Positions 25,724 to 38,579 of a DNA stretch of 64,000 bases are shown here, one piece after another (within the stretch, counting starts at the first letter, position 1; every line of letters starts with the position of its first letter). Where the stretch lies: the NCBI RefSeq assembly GCF_030684315.1, contig NC_081359.1, positions 22,082,184 through 22,146,183 of the forward strand, read 5' to 3'. This DNA is from Stegostoma tigrinum. Its lineage: Eukaryota. The notes below the pieces were generated by a model. The model was given only the letters and a program-made list of their open reading frames with translations. It ran no database searches and had not been told where the DNA came from. A program made the position numbers and the translations under genes.

Positions 25724-25932
25724 GAGATAGTAGGAACTGCCGATGCTAGAGAATCTGAGATAACATGGTGTGAAGCTGGATGAACACAGCAGGCCAAGCA
25801 GCATCAGAGGAACAGGAGAGTTTGATGTTTTGGGTCGAGACCCTTCTTCAGAAAGGGGGGTCTTTCTGAAGAAAGGTCTCAACCCAAAACGTCAAACTTT
25901 CCTGCTCCTTTGATGCTGCTTGGCCTGCTGTG
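25724..25932. mobile_element. Family A palindromic mini-element with back-to-back decayed hammerheads
   Basis: CTGAAGA...CCC-AAAA-C(G/A)TC on both strands around 25851-25864; TGATTA(C/A)ATTTAC duplication at 25710-25722 / 25931-25943. Confidence 0.75.
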
Positions 25933-27014
25933 ATTAAATTTACTGATTGCTTTGTGTTAGAGCTTTTGAACACATTTGTTAAAGATTTTACTTGAAAGCC
26001 CATGTCTCAGGTTGGAATTGCTATGTTTACACTGTAACACCGACAGCTGAATTTGAGTTGTGTGATCTAAAACAAATGCTGGGGTATGTAATTATCCAGA
26101 TGTATCTGGCTGGCCATCTAAACAGAGCAATACTTTTGTTGAAGAATAGGCAATTTATCCTCTGGCGTTCCTTAATTATCTGAAGCACACAGAGTGTGAA
26201 ACTCATGGGCTATATGGAGGAAGAAGTTATACTCCTTATTCTGATGATGCAGATCGTGGTCTGTCATTGTATGCAAACTGGCCTGGTAGCCACATTGCAA
26301 CGTTTAGCATTGGTGAACTCCAAAGTGCCGAGCTGTAGAATAAGTGACAGAGGGTGCAGTTGTTCAATGGCCATGGTGTTTGCTGTGAAATATTGGGCGT
26401 TTCTGGAGAAGGTGGCAGCCCGGGAACAACACCAGCACATTGTAGTCACCAGGTAACTGTTTGGGTTTTCATGTCAGAGATTTTATTTTTTCTTTGCTCT
26501 CCAGGAAAATAGCAATCTATGCATAAATGAGGATGAGATTAGGTTAAAAAGTTAGATATTCATGAATACAAATAGGGTCCTCACCATTCACTACCGTTGA
26601 AGTGAAAAATGGCCTTTTGTCCGGAACCAGAAGTTCTCCTTTTATCAAGTCTTTTCTAATTTCCCAACTGTCTCACCATGCCCACGTTGTTCAGGGGTTG
26701 AGAAAATTCTGGCTCAAGTAACGATGGGAATGAGTACAGTTGTAGACAACATTGGTTAGACTTACGGGAGGCTGGATTCCTCTGCAGTCCTATTCAAATA
26801 CTGATGATTTATACTTTCCAATGTATGCTTCACAAGAATGAAGCTCACCTTATGCCTTTCCATTATTTTTAATAACATGCCTTATTTGAACAATTTTGTC
26901 CTTAAACCCTATCACAGAAATTTTAGCCTTGCAATTTTAAGTGCAGGATGATGGTTAGTCCCATGCTAAACTCACCTGCCAAGAAAGGGAAAGAAAAATT
27001 GAAAGTCACCCCTA

Positions 27015-27225
27015 CTTAAAAGCAAACTGCTGCAGGTGTTGAAAATACGAAACAATGCAGAAAAGGCTAGAGAAATTCAACAGATCCGTGGAGTGAGAAA
27101 CAGAGTTGACATTTTGAGCACCCGATATCTCTTCACAGTGAACGCTTCTGAAGAGAAAATCATTGTGCTCAAAATATTAACTATATTGTTCTCTCCACAG
27201 ATGTTGCTAGACCTGCTCCAAACAG
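27015..27225. mobile_element. Old family B palindromic pLTR remnant
   Basis: Degenerate inverted arms around CTCTTCACAG...CTGAAGAG; right arm CTCTCCACAGATGTTGCTAGACCTGCT. Confidence 0.45.
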
Positions 27226-27879
27226 AATGCGTATTTCTTTTCTCACATAGTGAATTGTTGTTTGAGTTTTTTTTAAAGAAATACCGTAAATCCACTGCCT
27301 CTTCCCCATCTCTTTATTTAACATTCTGTACCTGATTCTACCCATTTATTCTCCTGCTTTATCATTCTTGTTTCCTTCCCAATCATTAATTTAAATGGAT
27401 TGAGGAAATAACCGGTACTGCCTTATATTTGGATCCAAGCTGTTCCGTTGCTCTTGGTAACTTGTTATCAACTTGTATTTCCAGCAAGTTACAAAGTAAT
27501 GGACATCTAGTCTAATGATTGGTGCTCAGTGTAAGATGGCCCACTCCAGCAAGTCCCGGCCCAAAGAAAATTACTAATGTAAATTCATCTGACTGCAATT
27601 ATTCCTTCCATTATTAGAGGCACTGCCATACCGCAACCAAGATGATTAGTTTACATATGCAGTCTCCATTATCAATGAGGATATAATAACTTCAAATGGA
27701 AATTAGGTTAGGATGCATGTTATTAAAATAAGGATTTGATTTGTGTCTGCATGCCTTGCTTCAATTAAGCCCAACCACCTGATGCTGCTTCAACTCAAGA
27801 CATAGCTTGGTCTTGACCCACAAGATACTAGTGATAATTCTGTATGTTTCAATTATGGATACAGAGCAGAGACGATGAG

Positions 27880-28250
27880 TTGATATCCTTAGAAAAATGC
27901 CAAGGGTTGATTTAATACAGGTGTTTCAAATCAGGAGAAGTTTTGATTGATTCTGCAGCCAGAAAATTCCCATTGACAGAAGAGCACAGAACCAGAGGAC
28001 ACAGGTTCAAGATAATTGGCAAGAAAAGCTGTGTGGTGATTATCTTTTTATGGAGTAGTGATTTTGAATGCATTGCTGGCAGAGGAAATGGTTTCAACAT
28101 TACTCTTCAAAGAAATTTGAGTATCTACTTTGAAAAGAAAGATTTGCAGGGCTACTGTAGAGTGGAGTAAACAAGTCGGGTCGGTATTTCAGGGAATTAA
28201 CACAGAAATGATACAATGAATGGGTGCCTCCTGTGCTATTTGATTCCATG
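27880..28250 (+). mobile_element. CR1 LINE 3' fragment
   Basis: ...KFPLTEEHRTRGHRFKIIGK... is a CR1 ORF2 C-terminal motif. Confidence 0.65.
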
Positions 28251-31200
28251 GGTTATCCAATGTGTGGTGGAACATTTAGTAGCTACTGCTACTGAACAAG
28301 TGCTTAATGCACCCATGATACTTCTATTATAGCAAGGCAGTTAACTGAAAGCTACCATTTAAATAATTATCGATGATTATGAAAGAAAAGATTCATTGGC
28401 TAACACAAGCAATGTAGTATTTAGGTTGTGTTGTTAGATGCACTAGATTTTGATTTTAGCAGCTAAACAATGATGCTTACCACTAACTTTAAAACAAACG
28501 TTTCCCACAAAGATTCAGAGATCAAAATGTGGTGGATTTCCCCCTTCTTAATCTGAGTTTAAATCTGGTCCCAAATCAAGGGGATCCTTCGAGGTTCAGC
28601 AATGTGATTACATCATACACAGTAAGCAGCCAAACACATTGAAGTAAATCTCAACAGTAGCAAACCAGGAAGTTAAGAAAGAAACTTAGGTTTTCAATTT
28701 TAATTAAAATCATATAGAAATCAATTTAAATGATTGAAATATGTACATATGGGATTAGGGCAAGAGCTGAAATATTATCAACAAACTTCAAAAAGTATTA
28801 TTCTTAAAATGTGAATTTTTTGTCATAATAGAGAAACTTGACATTTCATAAAAATAAAAGAAGCTTCTCATGGGCAGTAAGGTTGTTCAACCATTATTTC
28901 ACACTTAGTATGGAATTAAGAAATTCAGTTACACCTCATTCAACAAGGTGCAAATATGTTAAGCATTTTTACCTAGAGACAAGGAGATCAAGTTCTCATC
29001 AGTTCAGCGATTTCTGCAATCTGGGTAGTTCTCAACAGCACCCCCTATGGAAAATCTTAGATTCACTGGCAGCAAATTCTGCATTAAATCTTGCACATAA
29101 ACCTCCAGAAGTTGCCTTCAGTTTTGGAATGCTAACAGTTTGTTACCCATCATTCATCGATAACCTTGGCCATTGTGTTTAGGTTTTGCTTGCAGGCAGA
29201 GATTTCAGATTAATAATGGGTGCTGGCAGCATAGTAGTAAAGTGGATTTTACTCCACAGGCCCTGGCTAATGCTTTGGGATCACAGGTTCAAAGCTTACC
29301 ATGGCACATAGGCTGGCCTACACATGATCCAGATTCCACAGCAATGTGGTTGATTCTTAACTGCCCTCTGAAATAGTTCAGCAAGCCACTCACTTTCAGG
29401 ATTTTTGGGGTTGGATAACAAAAGCCAATCTTGATACCAGCGCTCACAAAGTATGAAGAAATAAGATTCTCTAGCACTGATATATTAGTGTAGATTTTAG
29501 TTTCTATTGTATTGTCTCCCTCACCAGCAGTGTTAAGAAATGTGCATTAATATCCAATTTACAACACTGAGGCAAAATATGTACATGCATAGTTTCTCTG
29601 TTATTAAGGTCTATGAAATTTTCAAGTGCACTTGCACGATTAGCCTGCCAATAGGCAAGGACTCTTAAAAGACTTCAATAGAAAATTGGTTTTGACATAA
29701 ACCAAGACATAATTTTATTATTGTCTAACATTAGTGCAATACAAAGTGCTTTGCACAGACAGAAACTCAATCACACAAAATTTAACCAAACAGAAATACA
29801 TTATATAAAATTGAGCAAGACAAGGTTCTGTTTGAGAATGCTGTCACAAGGTATTTCAATGTGGTTGTCAAATCAAGCCATTGTACTCAGATCTTATTAT
29901 AAGATATTGTCGACCAGTACCAATTTGTTACATTAAAGATTACCATGTTCCAGTTATAGGTTCCGTCCATTATCATCATTACATCAACAGCACTCACAGA
30001 AACTTCACTATTATGTGATTTTATACTTTTTAACTTTAATGAGAATAATGGAGTTTTGGTTACATTAGTCTGGTAAAGAAATGCTTCTAATGGACCAGAC
30101 AATGTCAGCAATTAAAAAACTGCCTAACTATATGTACTAAACATGATTGATGCCGCTGAACAAATTGCCTTTAACGATAAACATTATAATGTCTCCCATT
30201 CATGTTGTTATATGAAAAGCCCATGTTGCATCACTGTACAAATCATATTAACCAAATGCTCATGTCACAAAGGATCTAGTTTGCTGTTTTATTTTAACCC
30301 TACCACTTTTTAGCTAAGGTAAAAAGGGGAAAGTCAAATAATATCTGTGCGACAATTGTACTGAAATTATAATCTTAAACCTTTCAAGCTTAATAGCTGA
30401 ACAGAATAAACATTTGAATAAGCAATAAAAATTTGATTCTTAAATTTTATGTGGGCACAGCCTATTCCCGTGGAATCTAAATTCTCGTGCATAACCACTT
30501 CCAGAAAGCTTTTGGGGTTGTTGCAATCAAAGGTTTTCTTCTCTCACCTTCTTTACCTTTAAGTGGAATTTGCAACATCCTGACCTGTAAGCACAATGCA
30601 GGAAATCAATGGAGCAAACCTAGGTATTTTGTTTGTTGATCAGTACAACAGTACATCAACACATCCTAAAGCTGAGTTCTCTGATTCTATTTTCATTCAT
30701 TCAGCCAAGGTGCAAGTCAAAATTACGTTTAAAGACAAGAAAATAAGTTTCACAATAATTTATAATTTAGCCAAAGTGAATAAAATCATGGAAAAAAAAA
30801 GCACCACAATTTTCTGTAAGAGGGCAGCTAAAATGTTTACTGTTAGTTAGACTTGCTGTTGCATGTTTCAGATCTGAAAATGCTTTGAGGTTGTTTGAAC
30901 TGTGATCTGATAATTGCACAGTGAGGAGAAAACAGGCAGCTATGACCTGAGTAATCACAGCAATCAACAAAGCATCTTCTCAAACAATCAGATTTTGGGA
31001 TTGTGAAATTAACAGCCAAGAAAGTATAAATTAGAATGCATAAAATAGAAGGGAACAGTATTAGTGTTTTTCACTGTCAGATTAAAGTATTGACACATTT
31101 CATCATTGAAATGATGTCAGACTGGAATGAACAGGACTTAACTTTCTGTGGCAAGTTTAGATCGAGCATACAAATACAGTAGCTTCAATCAAGATGCTAT

Positions 31201-33047
31201 TTGTATAAAGCTAACAATGAAGCAATGCAAGCTTTGACAAAAACATTTGAATTTGACATAGAATTTTGGGGGAGGAGAAAACCATTTGGGCCTTTGAGTC
31301 TGCTCTACACTCAAAAAATTAATGGTTGATTGTGGTGACTGGTTGGGGTCTCGTCTCCACTCTCCAGTCCAAAGCCTTATACTTAATTTACTGTCTCTCA
31401 AAAAAGTTATTAAACTCAAAGCTGAATAAATTCAAATAGCTATTTTATGAGGAAGTGACCCTCTGAAAGAAAATGTTTCTCCTCATTTCAGTCTTAAAAG
31501 GGAGACCATTTATTCCTAAACGATGGCCCTTAAAATTAATCATGCATCCCCTTTTATAGTTGTATTAGTTATGCATAAAAAAGTAAGCACCATTAGTCTT
31601 ATCAACATTTTGACAGAAAAGTACGGTTCAGCGCTTGGTAATGGATTGCTTTACATATGTCTTAAAATTAAAACAACCCCAAAATAGGTTGTTCAAGGTG
31701 GCATTTTAATAATTCTTCTTGCAATGACCAAGGTAAAGCTTAAATACTCAGCACTGTAATAAGATGCTGCAACTATTAATCCTAGATTGTTGCACTAAGA
31801 AAGAAGAATGTGGTGCACAAGATAACATTTGTACAGAATCTTTAAAATGCTGTGTGTATGTAATTGGACTTTACAAAGCACGAGTTCAGCAATGTTCCTG
31901 TCTTTGGAGTTTGTATTAGATAATGGATGTCAGGCAGTACACAGCAATATAGTTCCCAGAACGGTTAGCCAAGCAGTTTAAGAACCCATAGGTATTCATA
32001 CTATGAGGCTGCAAGTTATCTGCGCTGATTTTACTTAGCAGGTATGGTAAAATGAAGAGTCAGTTTTCAAGCCAGATAGAAGCACATCTCTCGTAAAACA
32101 TAACTGGAAAATGATGCTGCTCAGGGTCAATTTTAGACTAACTAATTTCAACGAGAAAGTGGCATTAATGCCTGCAAAAACTACAATAGGTGGAATTTCT
32201 GACTCACAAGGCCAGGTCAAGAAGACACAAAATAATTTGTCTAACTGTGTTTACGTGAGAGCAAATACAGTGTCCAAATTTTTATGATACATTTTCTCTT
32301 GGTTTGTTCCTATAAACTGGGCTCTTCAAACATTAACTCCCAACCGTGTATTACATTATTTAAATCTGCTTCTGGAATGAAAATGCTAATGCAGGCTTTT
32401 CATTTTAAAGGCAAAAAACAACTGTTGTTAGCTCGGGCAGCCCTGATCAGTGTCATCATTTGATCTATAATGGTGATGAAATATGTTACAAGATATATTC
32501 AGGGAGAATATTCCCCTGAAGTATATTGTATAAGAAATCCATAGCTGACATTTCAGATTGTCTCCTTGTTGGATTTATTCTTCTGTGTTGCGCAAAATAA
32601 CATTACATTTAAAGAAGGGGTGCATTATTTGCTATCCATTATCTAGTCTAACGAGTCAGCAGTTCCACTCATTGTAGGTTTTGAGTTTTTGAGTGAGGTT
32701 CAATCCTTTAAATTTGACTTTCATTGAGTGTCATTCAAATGTATTCCTTTAAGTATTGTAATTGAATTCAGATATATATCGGGTAGAGTCAAATACTCGT
32801 GAATTCATTTTACATTAATTCATATTGCCCATTTATACAATACACAACCCATTTGACTATATGGCAGATCCGTCATATATTGATCTGCAAGTGGTCGGAA
32901 TTCATAATTTTTCCATTTAGTCCATCACTAAATCCTAATTTGGGAGATATAACATTTATTTATTTACGACAGGAAGCGAGAAAAACAGTTTGGAGCCAGG
33001 GAAAATTATTCGACTTTTCAGGTTGATGTCCTTTCATCATTCATTCG

Positions 33048-33185
33048 TTCTGATAAAAGGGCATTGACCTGAAACATTAACCCCGTTTTTCTTGGTCTAC
33101 AGAAGCTAACTGATCTGCTATGCATTCCTAGCTTTCTGTTTTCCTTTCAGATTCCCAACATTGGCAGTATTTTCCTCTTGTTTTC
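33048..33185 (+). mobile_element. Decayed family B pLTR
   Basis: TTCTGATAAAAGGGCATTGACCTGAAACATTAAC... Confidence 0.5.
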
Positions 33186-33646
33186 AGGCAAATAATGTGT
33201 TAATCTCGCATGAAACTATGACAAAACGCTTGTTCAACAAATCTGCTAACTATACGTGGAAAGAATGCCATTGAGTTTTGAGAAGATTTGTAGCTCAGGT
33301 TGAGGTTCTGGATGTGAGTTTGCTTGCTGAGCTGGAAGGTTAGTTTTCAGACGTTTCATCACCATTTTTTTTTATTTGAAAAAATATACTTTATTCATAA
33401 GATGTACAAAAAAAACCATATTTATACACCTACCCAGTCATGCAAGCCGCTCCGGGTTACCCAGGGGTATGTACACCAACTAAAGGGAAAAAAACAAACA
33501 AAGAAGAAAAAAAAAACAAAGCAAAGAAAATACCCCGGCAGTCGTCATCCCGCACAGTCCCAGTTGGCCCCCTGACCAGTTGGGGAAGGCGTCAGCTGGG
33601 CCCAGTTACCAGATAGGGCCCTTTATTCTATTCTGGATGAGGGGTT

Positions 33647-36600
33647 TCATACCGTGGTCTTTCCCCACCGTGCCTTGGCGGCGGCTGCCCCAAGCTTTAG
33701 CGCGTCCCTCAGCACGTAGTCCTGGACCTTGGACTGCGCCAGTCTGCAACACTCGGTCGGGGTCAGTTCTTTCAGCTGGCAGACCAGCAAGTTGCGGGCA
33801 GACCAAAGAGCATCTTTCACCGCATTGATGGTCCTCCAGGCGCAGTTGATATTGGTCTCAGTATGCGTCCCGGGAAACAGCCCGTAGAGCACGGAGTCCC
33901 GCGTCACGGAGCTGCTCGGGACGAACCTCGACCAATACCACTGCATCCCCCTCCAGACCTCCTGCGCATAGGAACACTCCCGAAGGAGGTGATCGACAGT
34001 CTCGTCCCCTCCGCAGCCGCCTCAAGGGCAGCGTGCGGTGGCGCAGAGATTCCGGGCATGCATAAAGGATCTCACTGGCAGAGCCCCCTCACCGCCAGCC
34101 AAGCAATGTCCTTGTGCTTGTTTGAAAGTTCTGGCAATGAGGCATTCTGCCAAACGACTTTGGCAGTCTGCGTGGGGAAGCACACGACGGGATCCACCCT
34201 CTCCTTTTCCCGAAGGGTCTCGAGGATACTACGTGCTAACCACTGCCTGACGGCCTTGTGGTCAAAGGTGTTTCTTTTCAAAAATTTCTCCACAAAGGAC
34301 AGGTGGTACAGGACGGTCCAACTACTCAGAGCGTTCCGCAGCAACGAGGCCAGGCCCATCCTTCGCAACACCGGGGACAGGTAGAACCTCAGTAAGTAGC
34401 GACACTTGGAGTTTGCGTACTGAGGATCTACGCACAGCTTGATGCGGCCGCACACAAAGGTAGCCGTCAGGGCAAGGGTGGCGTTCGGTACGCCCTTTCC
34501 CACATTTTACAGGTCTTTGTACATGGTGTCTCTGTGGACCCGGTCCATCCTCGACCCCCAAATGAAGTGGAAGATGGCCCGGGTGACCGCAGCAGCGCAG
34601 GTGCAGGGAATAGACCAGGCCTGTGCCACATACAACAGTACCGAAAGCCCCTCGCACCTGACAACCAGGTTCTTACCCACGATGGAGAGGGACCGGAGCA
34701 TCCACCTGCCCAGCATCTGCTTCAGTTTGGTGAAATGCTCCTCCGAAGTCTTAGTGCACGCCCCAGCTCCACCGAACCAAACACCCAGCACATTCAGGTA
34801 GTCTGTCCAGACGGTAAAGGGGATGAAGGAGCGGTCGTTCCAGTTCCCGAAGAACATGACCTCGCTCTTACCCCTATTGACTTTGGCACCCGAGGCCAGT
34901 TCAAACTGGCCGCAGATGTCCAACAGCCTACTCACCGACCGACGATCGGTCCAGAAGACGGCGACATCGTCCATGTACAGGGAGGTCTTGACCTGAAGGC
35001 CTCCTCTGGCAAGGCAGGAGTCCACCCACCTGTCCTGCACATAGCCGATCGTATCCCTGATAAGCGCGAGGCTCTCAGCGATCTTCCTGACCGGCACAGC
35101 ACAGGTTTGGTCAGGGTGAATCACCGACTCCAGGGCAGACCTGACCCGGTTGGCTATGTCCTTGGCCACGATTTTGTAGTCCACGTTCAATAGTGAAATG
35201 GGACGCCAATTCTTAATTTCTTCCCTCTCCCCCTTCCTCTTGTAAATGAGGGTGATGATGCCCTTCCTCATGGACTTGCACATTTCCCCTGCCCGAAGCG
35301 CACTATCGTACACCTCCAGCAGGTCCTGGCCGACCAGGTCGCACAGAGCTGAATACAGCACGACCGGTAAGCCGTCGCTCCCGGGAGTCTTACTCCTCTC
35401 CACGGACTTGAGGGATCTGGTCAGCTCGTCCAGGGATATCGGCCGGTCCAGCCACTCCCTCATGCCATCGTCTAAGACCACCGTGATAGACAACAGGAAC
35501 GACTCGGAGGCCGTGCTGTCCGTGGGCTTCGTGTCGTACAGTCCGGCATAAAGGATCTGCTGATCCTCAAAATGTCGGGCCGAGACGACGTCACCGAGCC
35601 GTTGTCCTCCTTCAGCCAGCTAAGCACAGAGCTCTCTTTGTGCACCTTCTGAAAGAAGAAACGCGAGCACGTCTCGTCCTGCTCCACGGACCAGAAGATT
35701 ATCCTGGAGGCCTCCGCGGCGAAGAGCGAGGCTTGCTGGCCCCTCACCTCGCGGAGGACCTCCGTGACATCGACTCCCATCAACTGCAGAAGGAGCAGGT
35801 TCGGCACCCTTTTCTGGAGTCGTGACAGCTTTCCCTGCCTCTCTCTCGCCTTCTGAACACGCTTGAGGACAAAGAACCTCTTGATGTTCTCCTTCACCGT
35901 CTCCCACCAGTCGCCTGGAGACTCAAAGAGGGGTTTCACGGTTCTCCAACCGGCGTACTCCCTCTTAAGCTCTTTGACGTTCTCTGGGGTCAACAGAGTC
36001 GTGTTGAGCTTCCACGTCCCCTTGCCGGCCGGCTGGTCGTCCTGTAAGTGACAGTCGGCCAGCAGGAGGCAGTGGTCAGAGAAGAATACCGGCTCGACAC
36101 CTGACCGAGAACGCCCGTGACACAAACAGGAAGTCTATCCTTGAACGAATAGACCCGTCTGGCCGTGACCAGACGCTGTGCTCTGTCTGCAGGGGTGCTG
36201 ACGACGTCGAGCAGCTTGGCGTCCTTCACCGTGACCATCAAGAATCTGGACGTGATGTCCAGTTGACTCCCCCCACCCGCTGTCCCCACGCCGGATCTTC
36301 CATCTGCATCGATGCTGCAGTTGAAGTCCCCGTCTAGGATGATCGGCCTGGACGTAGCCAGCACGGGTGGAAGCCGCTGCAGGACGGCCAACCGCTCACT
36401 CCGTACCGTTGGGGTGTACACCTTGATCAGCCTCAGGGGAGCGTTCCTGTAGGTGATGTCAGCCACTAGGAGGCGCCCCCCCCCAACACCTCCTGAACTT
36501 GAGAGATGGTGAAGTTGCGCTCCTGCAGCAGAATAGCCAGGCCAGAGGAGCGACAGTCGTTACCCCCCGACCAGAACGAAGGCCCATAGGTCCAGGCGCC

Positions 36601-36753
36601 GGACCATTTTCCATACCTGCCGAGGTGCGGTATCCCGCACTCCTGCAGAAACAGGAGGCCCACCTTGATGGTGGTCAGGTAGGCCAATGCGGACACACAT
36701 CTTGTGGTTGACTTGACACTGCGCACATTAATGCTCGCAACTCGTACCCCCAT
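33647..36753 (-). pseudogene. Tx1 ORF2 (APE endonuclease + reverse transcriptase), with frameshifts and an internal RT deletion
   Basis: MGVRVASINVRS..LFLQE, GDFNC, SDHC (APE); KTPGSDGLP, NWRPISLLNVDYKI, YMDD (RT); ends ARWGKTTV*. Confidence 0.9.
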
Positions 36754-38191
36754 TGTGGGCAGTGACCGCAGTACCCTCCCCAAGTCCAAGGTCCAGCCCC
36801 TCTATCTGTCCCTTCATGCCCATTGCTCCGGCTAACTGCTGGACGCTCTCCGGGCTCAGGAAACCATCTGTGCTGCCTTCCGGGTGGCATCCCCCCGTCG
36901 GGGGTACGGAGGCAGGAGAGTCCGGCTCTGGGTCAGGCTGGGGACGGGCTGCTTCCTCCTTCCCGCCTGGAAGTTCCGGGGGACCCTCCAGGGCCCCAGC
37001 GGCACGTGTCTGGGTGCCGTAAGAGGCCTCAGGATGCCTCCCGTCACCTGGAAGCGGGGTGCTGCTTTCCTTCTCCCTTGAGATCTTTAGCTTCTGCTCT
37101 GGGCGGGCCCCCTTCGTGTCTCCCTCGTCATAGGAGCTCTTATATCCCCCCTGTAGCTCCCTCTTCCTGCCTGATGGTTGCGGTTCCTGGACCCGCCGAC
37201 GCACCTTCCTCCTTGCTTTCCGGACCGTCGTCCACTCCCCTGGGTCGCCTGTTGCCGCCTCCATCGACTCCGGGTTGTCGGGGGGGGAGCGGAGCCTGGA
37301 GGGGTGCTTTGCTGGCCTCGGGCCCATCCTGCGGGGCTGGGCCCTCCTGCACAACCTGGCCCTCCTGCACATTAGTGGGGCCCCTGCAGGGCCCTGGTGC
37401 CTTCCTCTCCTCCGGGGGGGCTGGTCCCGCATTGCCCCTGCCGGCGACCTGGGCGTAGGTGGTCCCCCGCCGCAGGCATGCCCTCTCGAGGTGGCCCGCT
37501 TCCCCGCAAATGTTGCAGCTTTTTTTTGTGGGCAATCGTTTGCAAGGTGACCCTCCTCCCTGCAGTTCCTACAGATGGTGGCTTTGCAGTCGGCTGCCAC
37601 GTGACCTGACCTACCACAGGCGTGGCAGACTTTAGGTTGCCCTGCGTAGGTCAGGTAGCCCTTGCTCCCGCCGATCGCAAAGCTGGACGGTGGGTGTACA
37701 ATGTTCCCGTCCGCGCCCATCCTCAGCATCACCTTGACCTGCCTCTTACTGGTCCAGATGCCAAAGGGGTCCATGATGTCAATTAGGGCCCCTTCCACCT
37801 TCACGTGCCTTCCCACGAAGGTCAGGACATCAACTGCTGGCACATGCGGGTTGTACATGTGTACAGTCACCATACGGCTCCTCTGCGCTGGCATCACAAA
37901 CAGCTGGACAGCGGTCATTACAGAGACGGGGCCCTCACCTCCTTTCTCCTTAAAAACCTCCAGGAAGCACTCACAAAGCTTGGCATTCCTGAAGGTTGCA
38001 TCGTAAAAACCTCCTCTGGGGAAATCCTGCAGGCAGTAAATGTCCGCAGCAGCAAACCCACAACAGTCCAACAGGACCCTCTTCACGAAGAAGGTGCGGT
38101 CCACAGGTGCACCTTCATCCACCTTCTTCACGGAGACACAGATGGTGTTCCGGACCCCCTGACCTGGGGCACGAGTACTTGCTGCAGCCAT
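36728..38191 (-). pseudogene. Tx1 ORF1 (zinc-knuckle nucleic-acid-binding protein), frameshifted
   Basis: CHACGRSGHVAADC and CRNCREEGHLANDC in one frame; third knuckle CNICGEAGHLERAC in another frame after the T8 run at 37520-37527. Confidence 0.85.
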
Positions 38192-38373
38192 CGTTGCAGG
38201 TTGATGCTCCCCTGAGCCAGCGTTAGGCCGAAGCCAGCATTAAGATCCACCAGTTGCAAGGGTGCACAGCCAACCCGATGTCTTCCTTCCACCTCCAACA
38301 CAGCGCTTTCCTCCTCCCGGTCCACAGAAGAGTGGGTCTTTACTTTGTTCCACATGTAGGCTGGTTCACTGAG

Positions 38374-38434
38374 CTGGAAGGTTTGTTCCCAGATGTTTCG
38401 TCACCATTCTAGGTAACATCAACAGTGAGCCTCC
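38374..38434 (-). ncRNA. Composite hammerhead at the PLE/Tx1 5' junction (core now mutated)
   Basis: GGAGGCTCA-CTGTTGA-T-GTTACC-tagaat-GGTGAC-GAAA-CATC-TGGGAACAAACCTTCC; CUGAUGA is mutated to CUGUUGA and GUC to AUC. Confidence 0.65.
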
Positions 38435-38579
38435 GACAAAGTGCTGGTGTTATGTCCCGCATTCTATTTATCTGGTTAGGTTTCCTTGGGTTGGTGATGT
38501 CATTTCCGGCATCGGTGATGTCATTTCCTGTTTCTTTTTCTCAGAGGATGATAGATTGGCTCCAAATCAATGTGTTTGT

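Larger units (their letters stand above)
33367..38389 (-). mobile_element. Near full-length Tx1-clade (L1 superfamily) non-LTR retrotransposon, degenerate
   Basis: ORF1 with CCHC knuckles, ORF2 with APE-RT-Cys/His domain, AATAAA signals (33371-33376, 33390-33395), A-tail, 19-bp TSD at 33348-33366 / 38390-38408. Confidence 0.92.

Noticed and set aside
32493-32526. Short imperfect palindrome (TTCAGGGAGAATATTCCCCTGAA)
   Set aside because: Single copy, too short for a pre-miRNA or MITE; plausible by chance.
33863-38226. Plus-strand ORFs of 100-219 aa over the Tx1 element
   Set aside because: Antisense shadows of a GC-rich LINE.
38353-38408. Reading the repeat at both Tx1 ends as one 55-bp TSD
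   Set aside because: The outer 19 nt differ only at CpGs while the inner 36 nt are ~72% identical, too diverged compared with the ~95% arm-to-arm identity.
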